DNA of 64,000 nt from Ruminococcus flavefaciens (GCA_015067005.1 SVNH01000007.1:41410-105409), one strand, 5' to 3'; counted from the stretch's first letter, positions 27,961 to 38,569 are shown. Notes: generated from the sequence alone by a model not told the origin. A program made the numbers and translations.

Positions 27961-29442
27961 TCAGATCGTTTCAATGATATGAAGCGAAAAGCGCTGTATA
28001 ATGAGCGCATCATTAGTAGTCAGGACTTCATTGCCGTCAACATCCGCTGCAACTGTGCCTTCCGGCGTTATTCGGTCATCACTTGTACCATTCTCGCCAT
28101 ACTTTGCCGGATTCAGACAAGCCTGCATTACCATTACAACATCTGACATATCTACTTCATTATCGCCGTTGGCATCGCCCTTGACAAAAGTTACACCTTC
28201 GGTTGATGTCTCAGTAACAGTTTCATCTGTGGTCTCGACCGGCTCGCTGGTAATAGTACGCGGACTGTATTCCTTTCCGCCGATAGCGAATAGATTATTC
28301 CGGAGTTCCTGATCTTCCATCTTGAATGTCTCGCGGTTATAATGTCCGCCGGGTGTTGACCACATTACAGGACAGTGTCCGCACTTATAAGCCTCGTCAC
28401 ATACTGCTGTAAGGAAACGTCTTACTGATTCGGGTTCTTTATTCTTGGTCGGGCATCCGTATTCACCGATAATTACAGGGATTCCCTTATCCGTGAAGTT
28501 AGTCTTCATCATGTTCATTTCACTGCGGAGCGATGCATAATCCTGATCGCTGCCCCATGTCGGAGTAGCCTTGCCCCAGTCTGCATCCTCTTCAAGTATT
28601 GCGAAGCCTGCCGGCGAGTAATAATGCACCGAAACTGCCATACGGTTCGCCGGATCTGACGGCATCCTGAACAGAGGATCACAAGTACGGTCAATGCCGG
28701 TATTATAGCCGGAGATCAGGAGATGTCTCTCGGCGTTATTGCCTCCGGAGCTGCGGATAGTATCAACAAATTTCTGGTTTATCTCGTTGCATAGCGCATA
28801 GGATTCAGCCTTGCCTTCAGTACCGCCCCACGGGTTCCAGATGCTTTCCCAGCCAAGTTCCTCATTCTGCGACTCGAACATGAGGTAATCGTCATAATCC
28901 TTGAAGCTGTCCGCGATCTGCTCCCACATATGGGTGTAGCGCTTCATGCTCTCAGTCTTATCGTCCGGGAATTTGTTTACCCAGCCGCCGTCCCAGTGGA
29001 TGTTAATGATAGCATACATACCGCATTCGAGAGTCCAGTCAACTATCTCATGTACACGCGCATCGTAGTCCTTATTGATCGTGTAAGTATCGTCATGCAC
29101 CATCATATTCGACCATGCAACAGGTATTCTGAGGACACCAAAGCCTTCTTTCGCCATGCCCTCGATCATTTCCTTTGTTACTTCCGGACTTCCCCATGCT
29201 GTTTCATAGTTTACAGGCTTGCCCTCGGACCATTTTGCGATCCAGTCCTCTTCATACCAGCTCGGACATGATTCAAGAGTGTTGCCGAGATTTATGCCAA
29301 TACCCATGTCCTTTACAAGTTCAAGAGTGGATATATCGCGCATTTTCTCCTGAGCTGCCGCTCCCGTCGGAACCGAAAGATCAACACTTGAAACAAGCAT
29401 GAATACCGCTGTCAGCGATGATACTATCTTCTTTAAATTCAT
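27961..29442 (-). CDS. cellulosomal GH5 endoglucanase with C-terminal dockerin
   Basis: GIGINLGNTLES, VLRIPVAWSNMM, FESQNEE (acid/base) and IIGEYGC (nucleophile). Dockerin GDANGDNEVDMSDVVMVMQACLNPAKYG. The start is set at ATG 29442 (MNLKKIVSSLTAVFML signal peptide) with an AGGGGG SD. Confidence 0.85.
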   Translation of the reverse strand: MNLKKIVSSLTAVFMLVSSVDLSVPTGAAAQEKMRDISTLELVKDMGIGINLGNTLESCPSWYEEDWIAKWSEGKPVNYETAWGSPEVTKEMIEGMAKEGFGVLRIPVAWSNMMVHDDTYTINKDYDARVHEIVDWTLECGMYAIINIHWDGGWVNKFPDDKTESMKRYTHMWEQIADSFKDYDDYLMFESQNEELGWESIWNPWGGTEGKAESYALCNEINQKFVDTIRSSGGNNAERHLLISGYNTGIDRTCDPLFRMPSDPANRMAVSVHYYSPAGFAILEEDADWGKATPTWGSDQDYASLRSEMNMMKTNFTDKGIPVIIGEYGCPTKNKEPESVRRFLTAVCDEAYKCGHCPVMWSTPGGHYNRETFKMEDQELRNNLFAIGGKEYSPRTITSEPVETTDETVTETSTEGVTFVKGDANGDNEVDMSDVVMVMQACLNPAKYGENGTSDDRITPEGTVAADVDGNEVLTTNDALIIQRFSLHIIETI

Positions 29443-29553
29443 TGAAATACCCCCTGAAAGATTTAACGTTGTTTCATCTACGATAATTATACTTTCACTT
29501 TCAAGGATTATCAACTCACAAAGTGTGATAGCAGTGGACAAAAATGCAATTTC

Positions 29554-31731
29554 TTACATTTTTATCAGATTTCTGTACTTCAATGCAGGTATACCCGTGT
29601 TCTGTGTGAACTGACGCTGGAAATACTTATGGTCTATATAGCCGCATTTCTCGGAGATCTCAGCTATGCTCACAGACGTTGTTGCAAGATAGTATTTTGC
29701 TTTGGCAATACGTGCATTTATGCAGTCCTGATGAAATGTTACTCCGAAGCAGCTTTTGTAATTCCTGCGGAATGCGTCGATCTTTTCTATCGAGGTATTA
29801 TCTCTGTCACTCTCGAAGGTCGATTCAACAGATGCGTAAATGCTGTTGCGTATTAACGACATTTCGCCAAACAACTTGTTTTTTCTCTGTGCAGCGAGTT
29901 CAAGGTGCTTCTGCTCACATATTTCGTTTGCACTCTGCAATAGTTCATCAAAAGAAGCGTCCTTGCACGGCACGGCACAGCATACAAAAGACGTCACACC
30001 TGCATAGTCTGTATAGGCTCTTTCCTGTATAAGTACAGCACTGAGAAGGTCAGCGATCATATCCGCATCAGCCATACTCTGAACAAGACACACAAATTCA
30101 TCGCTGCCGATACGTCCGGAAATGTCGTGATTCCCACAGAATTTTGATATTGCTTTAGCTGTTCCGAGAATCGCTTCTGTTTTCTGGCTTATTTCCTCCT
30201 CACTGAAACGTCTCGGAAACAGATCTGTACGCAGCATAACGAAATACAGCCTTTTACTGCCGTGAACATTCACTGCCTGAAATGCACGGCGGATCCCCTT
30301 TTCGTTGGACATTCCCGTGAGAGTGTCTCTGTATTCCGAAACGTTCTGACAGCTCAGCAGATAGCGTATATCGTTTTTCAGGCGCAGGAATTCAAGTCCG
30401 ATAGATACTGATTTCAGCCAGTGTCTGTAAATATCATCGTAGCTTTCGGGGGTATCATATAATATGGTCATATACCCGAACAGTCTCTGTCCGGAAAACA
30501 GCGGAGTAAAATAGCACACCTCCGCACTGCTGTTCATTTCAAAGAACGTATGCAGGTCATGGTGATGCATTTCAAAGGCTTTACTGCCGTCCCAATGAAA
30601 AATACTGCGCGAAAACATTATGTCCGAGCCTTCGGATTTAGTATCGTGCCAATCTGAATACAGGCACAGGTAAATATTCTTCTTATTCTGTATCAGCCAC
30701 TGAAAATCACCGATTATATGTACGAATTCTTCCATATCCCGGCACAGTATCAGTTTCTGTTCCATTGTACTGAACAGATTAAGGTCGTTATAGTTCTTTT
30801 TCGACTCCGCAAGTTTCAGTTCGGAAAGCGACTGCTCCTTGTCTATACTGCATGAACAGCTGCTGCCGAATATGATTTCTCCGCGCGGAGCTTTATACTC
30901 CGGGATCGGCTCCCCCTCAATGACCGCTCTGAGACGATTTGCCGCAGCTTTTCCGAGGTCTTCACGATTGCGGTGATAGGAAGTAAGCAGCGGATAATAA
31001 TAAAGTCTTGTATCAGTGTATTCGTAGCTGACGACCGTTATCTGCTGAGGTACATTTATGTTGTTTTCAGCAAAGCAGCGCAGCATACCATACGCCATAA
31101 CGTCGTTTGCACATATCACCGCCTGAGGCATCGGTATCTCTCCCCTGACGTAGCGTCCTGCAAGCTTCTCGCCTGAATTATACCAGAAGTCACCGTAGTA
31201 GACCTTGTTCATATCAGGCTCTATCCCATGCGATCTCAGGGCTTTGAGGTAGCCTTCGACTCTCAGGCGGGAGGTCTCTATCTCCTTCATGCCCGATAAA
31301 AACGCAATGTCCGTGAACGAATGGTGCTCTATGAGGTGATCGGTGAGTTCCTCAATGTCCTCAATGTCGCTCGTGTTGATAAGGTCGTAATCAATTCTTT
31401 CAAATTCTTCAAGACGAGTTCCGATGCCTACTATCGGTATTCTTTTTCCTTCAAGTATCGCAGCGATCCTGCGGCGTGTATCGCTTTCCACAAACGATTC
31501 GCAAAGAAGTATAACTCCGCTTATATCAGATGATCCGAGAAGTTCATATATACGATGCTCACATAACAGATCATCGCCCTCATTGACTATGTTATATATA
31601 TTTGATAACACAACTGTCGCATAGCCGTTATTCCTGTTTTCAGTTATTATACCTCGCAGCAGTTCCTTTTCTGCGAAGCCGTTGGCTGCTGCCGTTACAA
31701 CTGCGATTATCGGACTTTTTGAATAATTCAT
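29554..31731 (-). CDS. one-component regulator: PBP1 sugar-binding - GAF-like - degenerate GGDEF - AraC-type HTH
   Basis: Paralogous over its length to the 9867-11795 product (ICANDVMAYGMLRCF; FTPLFSGQRLFGYMTILY). The GGDEF region is reduced to GRIGSDEFVCLV and lacks the DxDxFKxxNDxxGHxxGD segment. The C-terminus ...CGYIDHKYFQRQFTQNTGIPALKYR is an AraC HTH. Confidence 0.75.
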   Translation of the reverse strand: MNYSKSPIIAVVTAAANGFAEKELLRGIITENRNNGYATVVLSNIYNIVNEGDDLLCEHRIYELLGSSDISGVILLCESFVESDTRRRIAAILEGKRIPIVGIGTRLEEFERIDYDLINTSDIEDIEELTDHLIEHHSFTDIAFLSGMKEIETSRLRVEGYLKALRSHGIEPDMNKVYYGDFWYNSGEKLAGRYVRGEIPMPQAVICANDVMAYGMLRCFAENNINVPQQITVVSYEYTDTRLYYYPLLTSYHRNREDLGKAAANRLRAVIEGEPIPEYKAPRGEIIFGSSCSCSIDKEQSLSELKLAESKKNYNDLNLFSTMEQKLILCRDMEEFVHIIGDFQWLIQNKKNIYLCLYSDWHDTKSEGSDIMFSRSIFHWDGSKAFEMHHHDLHTFFEMNSSAEVCYFTPLFSGQRLFGYMTILYDTPESYDDIYRHWLKSVSIGLEFLRLKNDIRYLLSCQNVSEYRDTLTGMSNEKGIRRAFQAVNVHGSKRLYFVMLRTDLFPRRFSEEEISQKTEAILGTAKAISKFCGNHDISGRIGSDEFVCLVQSMADADMIADLLSAVLIQERAYTDYAGVTSFVCCAVPCKDASFDELLQSANEICEQKHLELAAQRKNKLFGEMSLIRNSIYASVESTFESDRDNTSIEKIDAFRRNYKSCFGVTFHQDCINARIAKAKYYLATTSVSIAEISEKCGYIDHKYFQRQFTQNTGIPALKYRNLIKM

Positions 31732-31795
31732 AATACATCCCCTTGTATGTATCAGATTTTCAGTTTGTGTATGCTTATCATTTTAATGTAATTTC

Positions 31796-34255
31796 TCATT
31801 TGAAAAGTGATTCATAGTATTCGGGAGTTCTGTCCGGAAGACAAGTTGTTACATATATCCAGCATATAAGGTCATCATCGAGCTTTTTTATATAGAAGCA
31901 ATCAAAACTGTTCGCCTCATAAGTATTCACATCTCTTGAAAACTCTTCTTCTCCGAGCTTGACCTTCGTTCTTTCCTGCCATTTCACATCGGCTACGCTG
32001 TCTATCCATTTTCTGCAATAGTCGAGTGCATAATCCTCTGTAACGTTCTCGACACCAGGGAATATGATATTAGTATTTACAAAGTAAACAAATATAGCTT
32101 CTTTTTGATTACCAAAATATGCATCGCATATTTGCGATTTTTCGCGTCTGTATTCTTCTTCGTCTGTCACCCCTGCCAGATACTCTTCCTTTTCCTCTAA
32201 GTTTGGCGAAAAATAATTCATATCTCCGGGAACGCTTATATTGAGTTTGCCGTAATCGTTGACGTAAACGCCGTCCTTGAACGTACCTCTCGTATAATTT
32301 GTTCCCTCAGCTGCCGGATCCATGACATTTGTTTCAGTTGGCACATCGAGGACTGTCTCAGGCTCTGTCTTAGGCGTGAAGTCTGCACCATAATTCAGTC
32401 CATAGCCCTTCTCAAGCCAGCTCTTACCCGTACCGATCTGGCTTATATCACCATACCACGGTGCAGGCAGCTTGCCTTTAAAGTCAGCACAGCCGCAGAG
32501 AACGTCAGATATTCCCTTGCCCTCTGAACCCGGAAGATAGCACATTACAACGCTGTCCCATTCCGAATAATCTGCTTCATCGAGTATTACCTGTCTGCCT
32601 GCGATTATACAGGCAACAGTAGGCTTGCCAAGCGCTTTAACTTCGTCGATAGCAGCTCTGTTCTTTTCAAGTCCCAACTTGCCGCAGAGGTTCATATCCT
32701 CAGTATCGCCGTTCCACTCGGCATAAGCCTGTTCTCCCACGCAGAGCAGAACAACATCGGCTTCGTTTGCTTTGGCGGAATCTGTTATAACTTCGATCTT
32801 ATAGTCACCGGCATATCGCTCAAAGGCTTCCTTTATAGTTGTTACCCCCTGAACGTCCTTAACGCTCGGACCGTTCCAGTCCATAGTCCAGCCGCCGCAC
32901 TGCGACTGTCCGTTATCTGCCGCAGGACCTGCAATATAGACCTTGGCGCCTTCTTTGAGAGGAAGCACATCGTTATCGTTTTTAAGCAGCACAAGGCTCT
33001 CCTCGACCAGCTTTTCAGCGACCTTTCTGTATTCAAGTGAACCGGTTTCCTGCTGCTTGGTGACAAGCTTTTCAAGGAGAGGATCATTAAACAATCCTGC
33101 ATCCTTCTTGACCCTGATTATTCTTGTTACAGCATCATTAACACGTTCTTCGCTTATATCACCGCTGCCGACAGCTTCAACGATTATCTTTTTGGCTTCT
33201 TCAAATTTATCTGTCTCCATAAGCATATCAATACCGGCATTGACGCTCTTGATAACCTGTTCCTTATAAGAAGAACCGGTTATATTCTGCACAGAACCCC
33301 AGTCACTCACGATAAAGCCCTTGAAGCCCATTTCGTCCTTCAGCTTCATTATGTACTCTTTATTCTCGTGCATCTTCACTCCGTTGAGTGACGAATGACT
33401 TATCATTATGGTCTGAACTCCGGCATCTATATGAGCCTTATATACTTTGAGGAGTTCCTCTATCTCATCGTCATCAAGCTGAGCATCGCCGCGGTCGATG
33501 AGCATTTTTATATCGCCCTGCTCGCCTGTTCCGTAAACAACATTTCCGTCACCGAAATAGTGCTTTGTACAAGCTACCAGTCCACCGTCGATAAGTCCCT
33601 TTGTATAGGCGGTGCTGAGTTTCGTTATAGTTTCAAGATCAGAACCGTAGGACTCATATGTCCTTCCCCAGCGAGGATCAACTGACTGCGCTACACACGG
33701 CGAGAAATTCCACAGCATATGGCAAAGCTTCGCTTCGTCAGCCGTAATAAGACCGACCTGATAGGCAAGCTCTTCATCGTTCGCAGCACCTTGTCCGATG
33801 TTATGCGGAAAATATACTGCATTCAGGCAGTAATTAACACCGTGTACATCGTCCTGTCCGTATATATACGGGATACCTGCTTTTGAACTTATAGCTGCTC
33901 TCTGATAACCGTCAACAGTCTCACGCCATGAAGAAGCATCAATACAGCCGAATGAAGAGAGAATGCTGCCATAGTCATTACTCTTCATCTGCTCCTCAGT
34001 AACGTTATATATGGCAGGCTGAACCATCTGATCTGCCTTCTGTTCAATTGTAAGTGTATCAACGATCTCCTCCGGCGTCATAGACGCATACTTCTGAAAT
34101 TTCGGACCGTGATCGTCACTGTTTACATCCGAAGATGTTTCAGTCTGTGTAACAGCTGTTGTTGTTGTTGAATCCGATGAGCTGCTCTTTCCTGAGCATG
34201 ACGTTGCAGATATGAGCATCGCCAGCGGGAGTAAAACTGCAAGTACTTTTTTCAT
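31796..34255 (-). CDS. GH3 beta-glucosidase, probable lipoprotein, with ~190-aa uncharacterised C-terminal extension
   Basis: Signal peptide MKKVLAVLLPLAMLISATSCSG. GH3 motifs GQDDVHGV and GFIVSDWGS (nucleophile Asp). Residues ~630-819 carry no recognisable motif. Confidence 0.85.
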   Translation of the reverse strand: MKKVLAVLLPLAMLISATSCSGKSSSSDSTTTTAVTQTETSSDVNSDDHGPKFQKYASMTPEEIVDTLTIEQKADQMVQPAIYNVTEEQMKSNDYGSILSSFGCIDASSWRETVDGYQRAAISSKAGIPYIYGQDDVHGVNYCLNAVYFPHNIGQGAANDEELAYQVGLITADEAKLCHMLWNFSPCVAQSVDPRWGRTYESYGSDLETITKLSTAYTKGLIDGGLVACTKHYFGDGNVVYGTGEQGDIKMLIDRGDAQLDDDEIEELLKVYKAHIDAGVQTIMISHSSLNGVKMHENKEYIMKLKDEMGFKGFIVSDWGSVQNITGSSYKEQVIKSVNAGIDMLMETDKFEEAKKIIVEAVGSGDISEERVNDAVTRIIRVKKDAGLFNDPLLEKLVTKQQETGSLEYRKVAEKLVEESLVLLKNDNDVLPLKEGAKVYIAGPAADNGQSQCGGWTMDWNGPSVKDVQGVTTIKEAFERYAGDYKIEVITDSAKANEADVVLLCVGEQAYAEWNGDTEDMNLCGKLGLEKNRAAIDEVKALGKPTVACIIAGRQVILDEADYSEWDSVVMCYLPGSEGKGISDVLCGCADFKGKLPAPWYGDISQIGTGKSWLEKGYGLNYGADFTPKTEPETVLDVPTETNVMDPAAEGTNYTRGTFKDGVYVNDYGKLNISVPGDMNYFSPNLEEKEEYLAGVTDEEEYRREKSQICDAYFGNQKEAIFVYFVNTNIIFPGVENVTEDYALDYCRKWIDSVADVKWQERTKVKLGEEEFSRDVNTYEANSFDCFYIKKLDDDLICWIYVTTCLPDRTPEYYESLFK

Positions 34256-34554
34256 TGCTGTATTCCTTTCGTTGTAATTTCATCCTGAATTAATGAACCC
34301 AATTTTACATGACATTTTTTGCAAATATTCAGTTACACCGTATAAAACTATTAATTCATACAGTATAAAACTATGTACATTCTACCACACATTGGTGATA
34401 ATGTCAATTACCGCACAGTTTTTCCGGCGTCCCTCACTAATAAAGCCTTTCAATAGCCTATTATCAGATACAGCACATAATAAAAACATTTACAACATAT
34501 CTGAAAAGTGCTATAATATGAATAGACGCTATTACTGAATAAGGGGATACAGCT

Positions 34555-35274
34555 ATGCACCATAATCTATTATTCGATCTTGACCAGACTTTGCTTGATT
34601 TTCACGCTTCTGAGCATACTGCATTAAAGATCATCATGGAAAGAAATCATCAGGTATTCACAGAAGAACGCTATGATCTCTTTAAACAGGTCAATAAGTC
34701 CCTATGGCTTGAATTTGAAAAAGGCAGCATTTCCAAAAATGAACTGTTTGAAACAAGATTCAGACGTCTGTTTGAAGAGTGCGGATGTGATACAGAAACA
34801 ATGGATCTTCTGAGAATAAACAGTGATTTCATAGATACTATGTCGCAGAATGGTGCAGTGATGACAGGTGCTCTCGGTTTTCTTCAAAAGATCGCAGATG
34901 ATCTGCCGGATGCAAGTATATATATCATTACAAACGGTGTGACCAGAAATGCTATGGGAAGGATCGCTTCCACAGGACTGCAAAAATATATACGCAAGGT
35001 GTTCATAAGCGATGCAATAGGCTTCTCAAAGCCTTCACCTGAATACTTCAAGGCTGTAAAAAATGAGGTCAACGAGCCTGATGACAGTTACCTCGTTATC
35101 GGAGATTCTCTTTCCTCCGATATGCTTGGCGCAAAAAATGCAGCTCTTGCAAGCTGCTGGTTTATGCCGGAAGGGAAAATCGAAGAAGCAATTAAAGAAT
35201 ATGAGATCAACTACACTGCTTCGTCCTTTGATGAACTGTATGAAATAATACGCGAATGGGCTTCTGTTTCATAA
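34555..35274 (+). CDS. HAD-superfamily hydrolase (YjjG-like nucleotidase subfamily)
   Basis: Motif I FDLDQTLLDF and motif IV IGDSLSSDMLGA. Confidence 0.75.
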   Translation: MHHNLLFDLDQTLLDFHASEHTALKIIMERNHQVFTEERYDLFKQVNKSLWLEFEKGSISKNELFETRFRRLFEECGCDTETMDLLRINSDFIDTMSQNGAVMTGALGFLQKIADDLPDASIYIITNGVTRNAMGRIASTGLQKYIRKVFISDAIGFSKPSPEYFKAVKNEVNEPDDSYLVIGDSLSSDMLGAKNAALASCWFMPEGKIEEAIKEYEINYTASSFDELYEIIREWASVS

Positions 35275-35472
35275 GCATAATGAAACAATTACACTTTCAT
35301 CAGGTCTTTTGCAGACATATCCATTTGCTCCGGCAGTTTTTTCAGAATGACTTTGAGCACAGCTTACGATACAAAAAACGACCGTGAATACGGTCTGAAA
35401 GTGCTCTGTGCTATCTGCTGCCTTTAAAGCGGAGAGTTCGAGTTTATATGACAAAGGAGTGTTCATTAGCCT

Positions 35473-36555
35473 ATGAGGAAACACTATATTGATAATTTAA
35501 GGTGGCTTGCAATTCTGCTTCTTATCCCCTACCACGCTGCAATGGCTTGGAACAGCTGGGAAGAGCCGAATTATATATTCTTCCAAGGCAATAAAATTAT
35601 AAGCAGTCTGATAGTATTTTTCAGCCCTTACTATATGCCGCTGCTGTTCCTCCTTGCTGGTATCAGTACGAAATATGCACTCAGAAAGCGCACTTACACA
35701 CAATACATCGCTGAACGTGCAAAGCGTTTATTGATACCACTTTTATCCGGTACTCTGCTGCTTATGCCGGTAATGACATTTGTTGCAGATAAATATAACT
35801 CAGGCTATAAAGGTAGTTTTTTCGCCCATTACCGCGTTTTTTTCACTAAGTATACCGATCTGACCGGCGCCGACGGAGGTTTTTCACTCGGACAATTCTG
35901 GTTTCTTCTCTATCTGTTCGTTATATCTGTAATTGCTGCCGGAATAATTGCACTAAGGGAAAAATTCTCATCCGGAAGTGCTTCCGCCCCTCACTTCTTA
36001 CTTGTAATACTGCTCGGACTTCCGCTGCCGCTTCTGAATAATTTATTGTCCATAGGCGGAAAAAGTCTTGCTGAGTATCTTTATATTTTTCTCATCGGAT
36101 TCTACATTTTTTCGTGGGAAAGTATTATCGGCAAGGTCGCAAAACACAGATATATTATGCTTGCCATAGGGCTATCGTCAAGTATTCTCAACGTGTATCT
36201 GTTCTTATGGTCAGATTCGCTATATCCCGTTATAAACGTCATTGCAAAGTTTACCGCAGAATGGTTTATGCTGCTTGCGATAATGGGGATCGGAAAAAGC
36301 TGCCTTGATTTTACCGGAAAGATCTCAGGACATATGTCCAGAATATCATTTCCGTTTTTCAGTTTTCATTTTGTATGGATAGTAGTATTCCAGTATATTG
36401 CATCAGAAGTTTCGGTAAAAGGTACAGCAGTTCTATACTTCATACCAGTTGCAGCCGCATATCTGCTTACATTCATATGCTGCGAGGTCACACTCAGGAT
36501 ACCTCTGCTATGCACTCTTACAGGCACTAAAACCAATAAGCTTAAAGAGAAATAA
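35473..36555 (+). CDS. acyltransferase family 3 integral membrane protein
   Basis: DNLRWLAILLLIPYHAAMAW N-terminal signature and ~10 TM helices. Confidence 0.75.
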   Translation: MRKHYIDNLRWLAILLLIPYHAAMAWNSWEEPNYIFFQGNKIISSLIVFFSPYYMPLLFLLAGISTKYALRKRTYTQYIAERAKRLLIPLLSGTLLLMPVMTFVADKYNSGYKGSFFAHYRVFFTKYTDLTGADGGFSLGQFWFLLYLFVISVIAAGIIALREKFSSGSASAPHFLLVILLGLPLPLLNNLLSIGGKSLAEYLYIFLIGFYIFSWESIIGKVAKHRYIMLAIGLSSSILNVYLFLWSDSLYPVINVIAKFTAEWFMLLAIMGIGKSCLDFTGKISGHMSRISFPFFSFHFVWIVVFQYIASEVSVKGTAVLYFIPVAAAYLLTFICCEVTLRIPLLCTLTGTKTNKLKEK

Positions 36556-36645
36556 TATGCCCCCCCGCGCCGGGATATAACGATTTCCCGATAACCGAAA
36601 AGGAACTGTCAGACCTGTTCCTTCATTCTTCCGCGAGTTTATACA

Positions 36646-37029
36646 CTATACCGTTATCTCGATCTGATTGCTTTCGATAGCTACAATGCAGCTCTCGTAA
36701 TAACCGTCACCTGTCATTCGAGGACCGCTTTTTACTCTATATCCCGCCAAACGCAGGCACTCGGTCAGTGAATCAACTTTCTCCCTGCTTCCAACACTGA
36801 AAGCTATATGTGCATAGCCTGTCCGTTCTGATGTTTTATCAGTATCAGCTACATCCGGCTTGTTCATCAGTTCAAGCCGTGCGCCGTCATCAAAGCTTAT
36901 AAAGTAAGACCTGAAGCCTGTCTTTACATTATGATACCCATCATTTGAATGACCATCAAGATATTCTAAGAAAAACTCTCTTGCGGCTTCCAAATCATCC
37001 ACATACATCGCAATATGTTCTATGCGCAT
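36646..37029 (-). CDS. VOC/glyoxalase-bleomycin-resistance family protein
   Basis: MRIEHIAMYVDDLEAAREFF...GYAHIAFSVGS. The start is set at ATG 37029 with a GGAGG SD; the track extension to 37146 overlaps the upstream gene's 3' end and is rejected. Confidence 0.75.
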   Translation of the reverse strand: MRIEHIAMYVDDLEAAREFFLEYLDGHSNDGYHNVKTGFRSYFISFDDGARLELMNKPDVADTDKTSERTGYAHIAFSVGSREKVDSLTECLRLAGYRVKSGPRMTGDGYYESCIVAIESNQIEITV

Positions 37030-37075
37030 ATTTTCCTCCGTGTTTTTTAGCCTTACAGCAATTGTAAGGCTTCGA

Positions 37076-38569
37076 TCATCCTCTGTTCTTACCGGCAGTT
37101 GCATTGACCCATAAAGCATATCTGGTTGAATCTGAAGGCTCTGCATTATTATGATTTGCCTTTTCAGTGTTGTAAAGCTTTATCCAGTTAAGAAGCATAG
37201 AAGCATCTGTTACATTGAATCTTCTGCCGTTTTTCTTAGTTTTCCAGTTGTTTACATCGTATTCATTCTGGTCTGCGTCTGCAAGGAATGCAGAAAGCTC
37301 TTCAAGATCAGAATCTGTGCCGTAATCAATTCTGCTGTTCAGACGTAACTTATACGGTGCATCCGGATCATTTATCAATACAGGATCATTGAGTGCCTTA
37401 ACATACCTGAGTGTAAATGTAGCATCAGTGACATTCAGTCTGTTATCGAGGTTTGTATCCCCTTTGATACCAATGTATACTGTTGCACATACCGGCTTGC
37501 CGTCTTTAGTTACAAGAGGAGTTTTGCCAATATAGATCGGAACTTCATACTTGAATGTCTTATTATTACTATCGTAAGTGTTTGCAGGTGTTGCACCATT
37601 GAAGCTTATATCATTAATATCAATATCTTTTCCAAGGACCTTTACAACTTCCTTGCCGTCAGCTTTCTCGACTAACTTGAGAGACTTGAGCATCTTCTTG
37701 GAGAAGCCCAGACCGGTACTTACGCCGTCATCGTGGCTGAAATAGTAACCATCTTCAAGTTCATAAGACTCAGCATAGATCGAGGATTCTGTCTCCGGAG
37801 CAGTAGTTGTGGCAGGTTTTTTCTCGCCATTAATCCTTATGTAACCGTTGTAGATACCTTTAGTGAATACATAAGTCATCTGAAGCTTGCCGGCATCGTC
37901 CTTTGCTGAATTAATGAATGTATCAGTTGCTATGCCGTCATTAACATATGCTAAACCGAATGGATAAAGATCGCCCGGTTCCGCATTTTCAGGAACGATA
38001 AAATCAACGGTGAATATGCAGCCTGCACTTAGCAGTTTATCTGTTGATGAAGTTGCATAGAAAACCAGCTGTCCCTCTTCCACCATCGCAGAACCTGTTG
38101 TAAAGCCGTTTAATCCATCTCTTGCTGTTATATAATTTCCATTTGAATCTGGCTTAACTTTAAGTCGGGTATCATAAAAAAAGTGAAACTTAATACTGCT
38201 TACAGGTTCAGTTGCATCTGTCATACTGAAATAAACTCTCTGAACTTTGCCCTTAGAGTATTCAGGCTCAAGTCCTATCCTATCAAAATAGAGCATTATA
38301 GAGCCGTTATAGTTCTTGGGATCTATTTTAGGACAATTCCATTCTGACGGCTGTACCCAGCTTTTGCGGTTATACTCAACTATATTATCATCCTGATAGT
38401 TAAACGGATTTTCTGTTTCAGTTTCAGAAACGGCAAAAGAATCGCTGCTTGTTGATGACGTTACTGAATTTGTATCTATAATATTATTTGGAAAACAAGT
38501 ATTGATCAGTAAAACGATCGCCAAACTCGTTACCACAGTTATTAAACGATTTATAAGCCTCTTTTTCAT
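37076..38569 (-). CDS. adaptor-scaffoldin-like protein: cohesin-like module, middle module, atypical dockerin
   Basis: Signal/anchor MKKRLINRLITVVTSLAIVLL begins at ATG 38569 (GGAGG SD). The cohesin-like module is paralogous to 20415-21815 (SSIKFHFFYDTRLKVKPD..GQLVFYATSS..GCIFTVDFIVPENAEPGDLYPFGLAY..KGIYNGYIRI). C-terminal segments: GDTNLDNRLNVTDATFTL ... DADQNEYDVNNWKTKKNGRRFNVTDASMLL. Confidence 0.65.
   Translation of the reverse strand: MKKRLINRLITVVTSLAIVLLINTCFPNNIIDTNSVTSSTSSDSFAVSETETENPFNYQDDNIVEYNRKSWVQPSEWNCPKIDPKNYNGSIMLYFDRIGLEPEYSKGKVQRVYFSMTDATEPVSSIKFHFFYDTRLKVKPDSNGNYITARDGLNGFTTGSAMVEEGQLVFYATSSTDKLLSAGCIFTVDFIVPENAEPGDLYPFGLAYVNDGIATDTFINSAKDDAGKLQMTYVFTKGIYNGYIRINGEKKPATTTAPETESSIYAESYELEDGYYFSHDDGVSTGLGFSKKMLKSLKLVEKADGKEVVKVLGKDIDINDISFNGATPANTYDSNNKTFKYEVPIYIGKTPLVTKDGKPVCATVYIGIKGDTNLDNRLNVTDATFTLRYVKALNDPVLINDPDAPYKLRLNSRIDYGTDSDLEELSAFLADADQNEYDVNNWKTKKNGRRFNVTDASMLLNWIKLYNTEKANHNNAEPSDSTRYALWVNATAGKNRG

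Noticed and set aside
34293-34538. An 81-aa plus-strand ORF between the GH3 and HAD genes.
   Set aside because: The region is AT-rich promoter-like DNA, there is no SD, and the product has no recognisable features.
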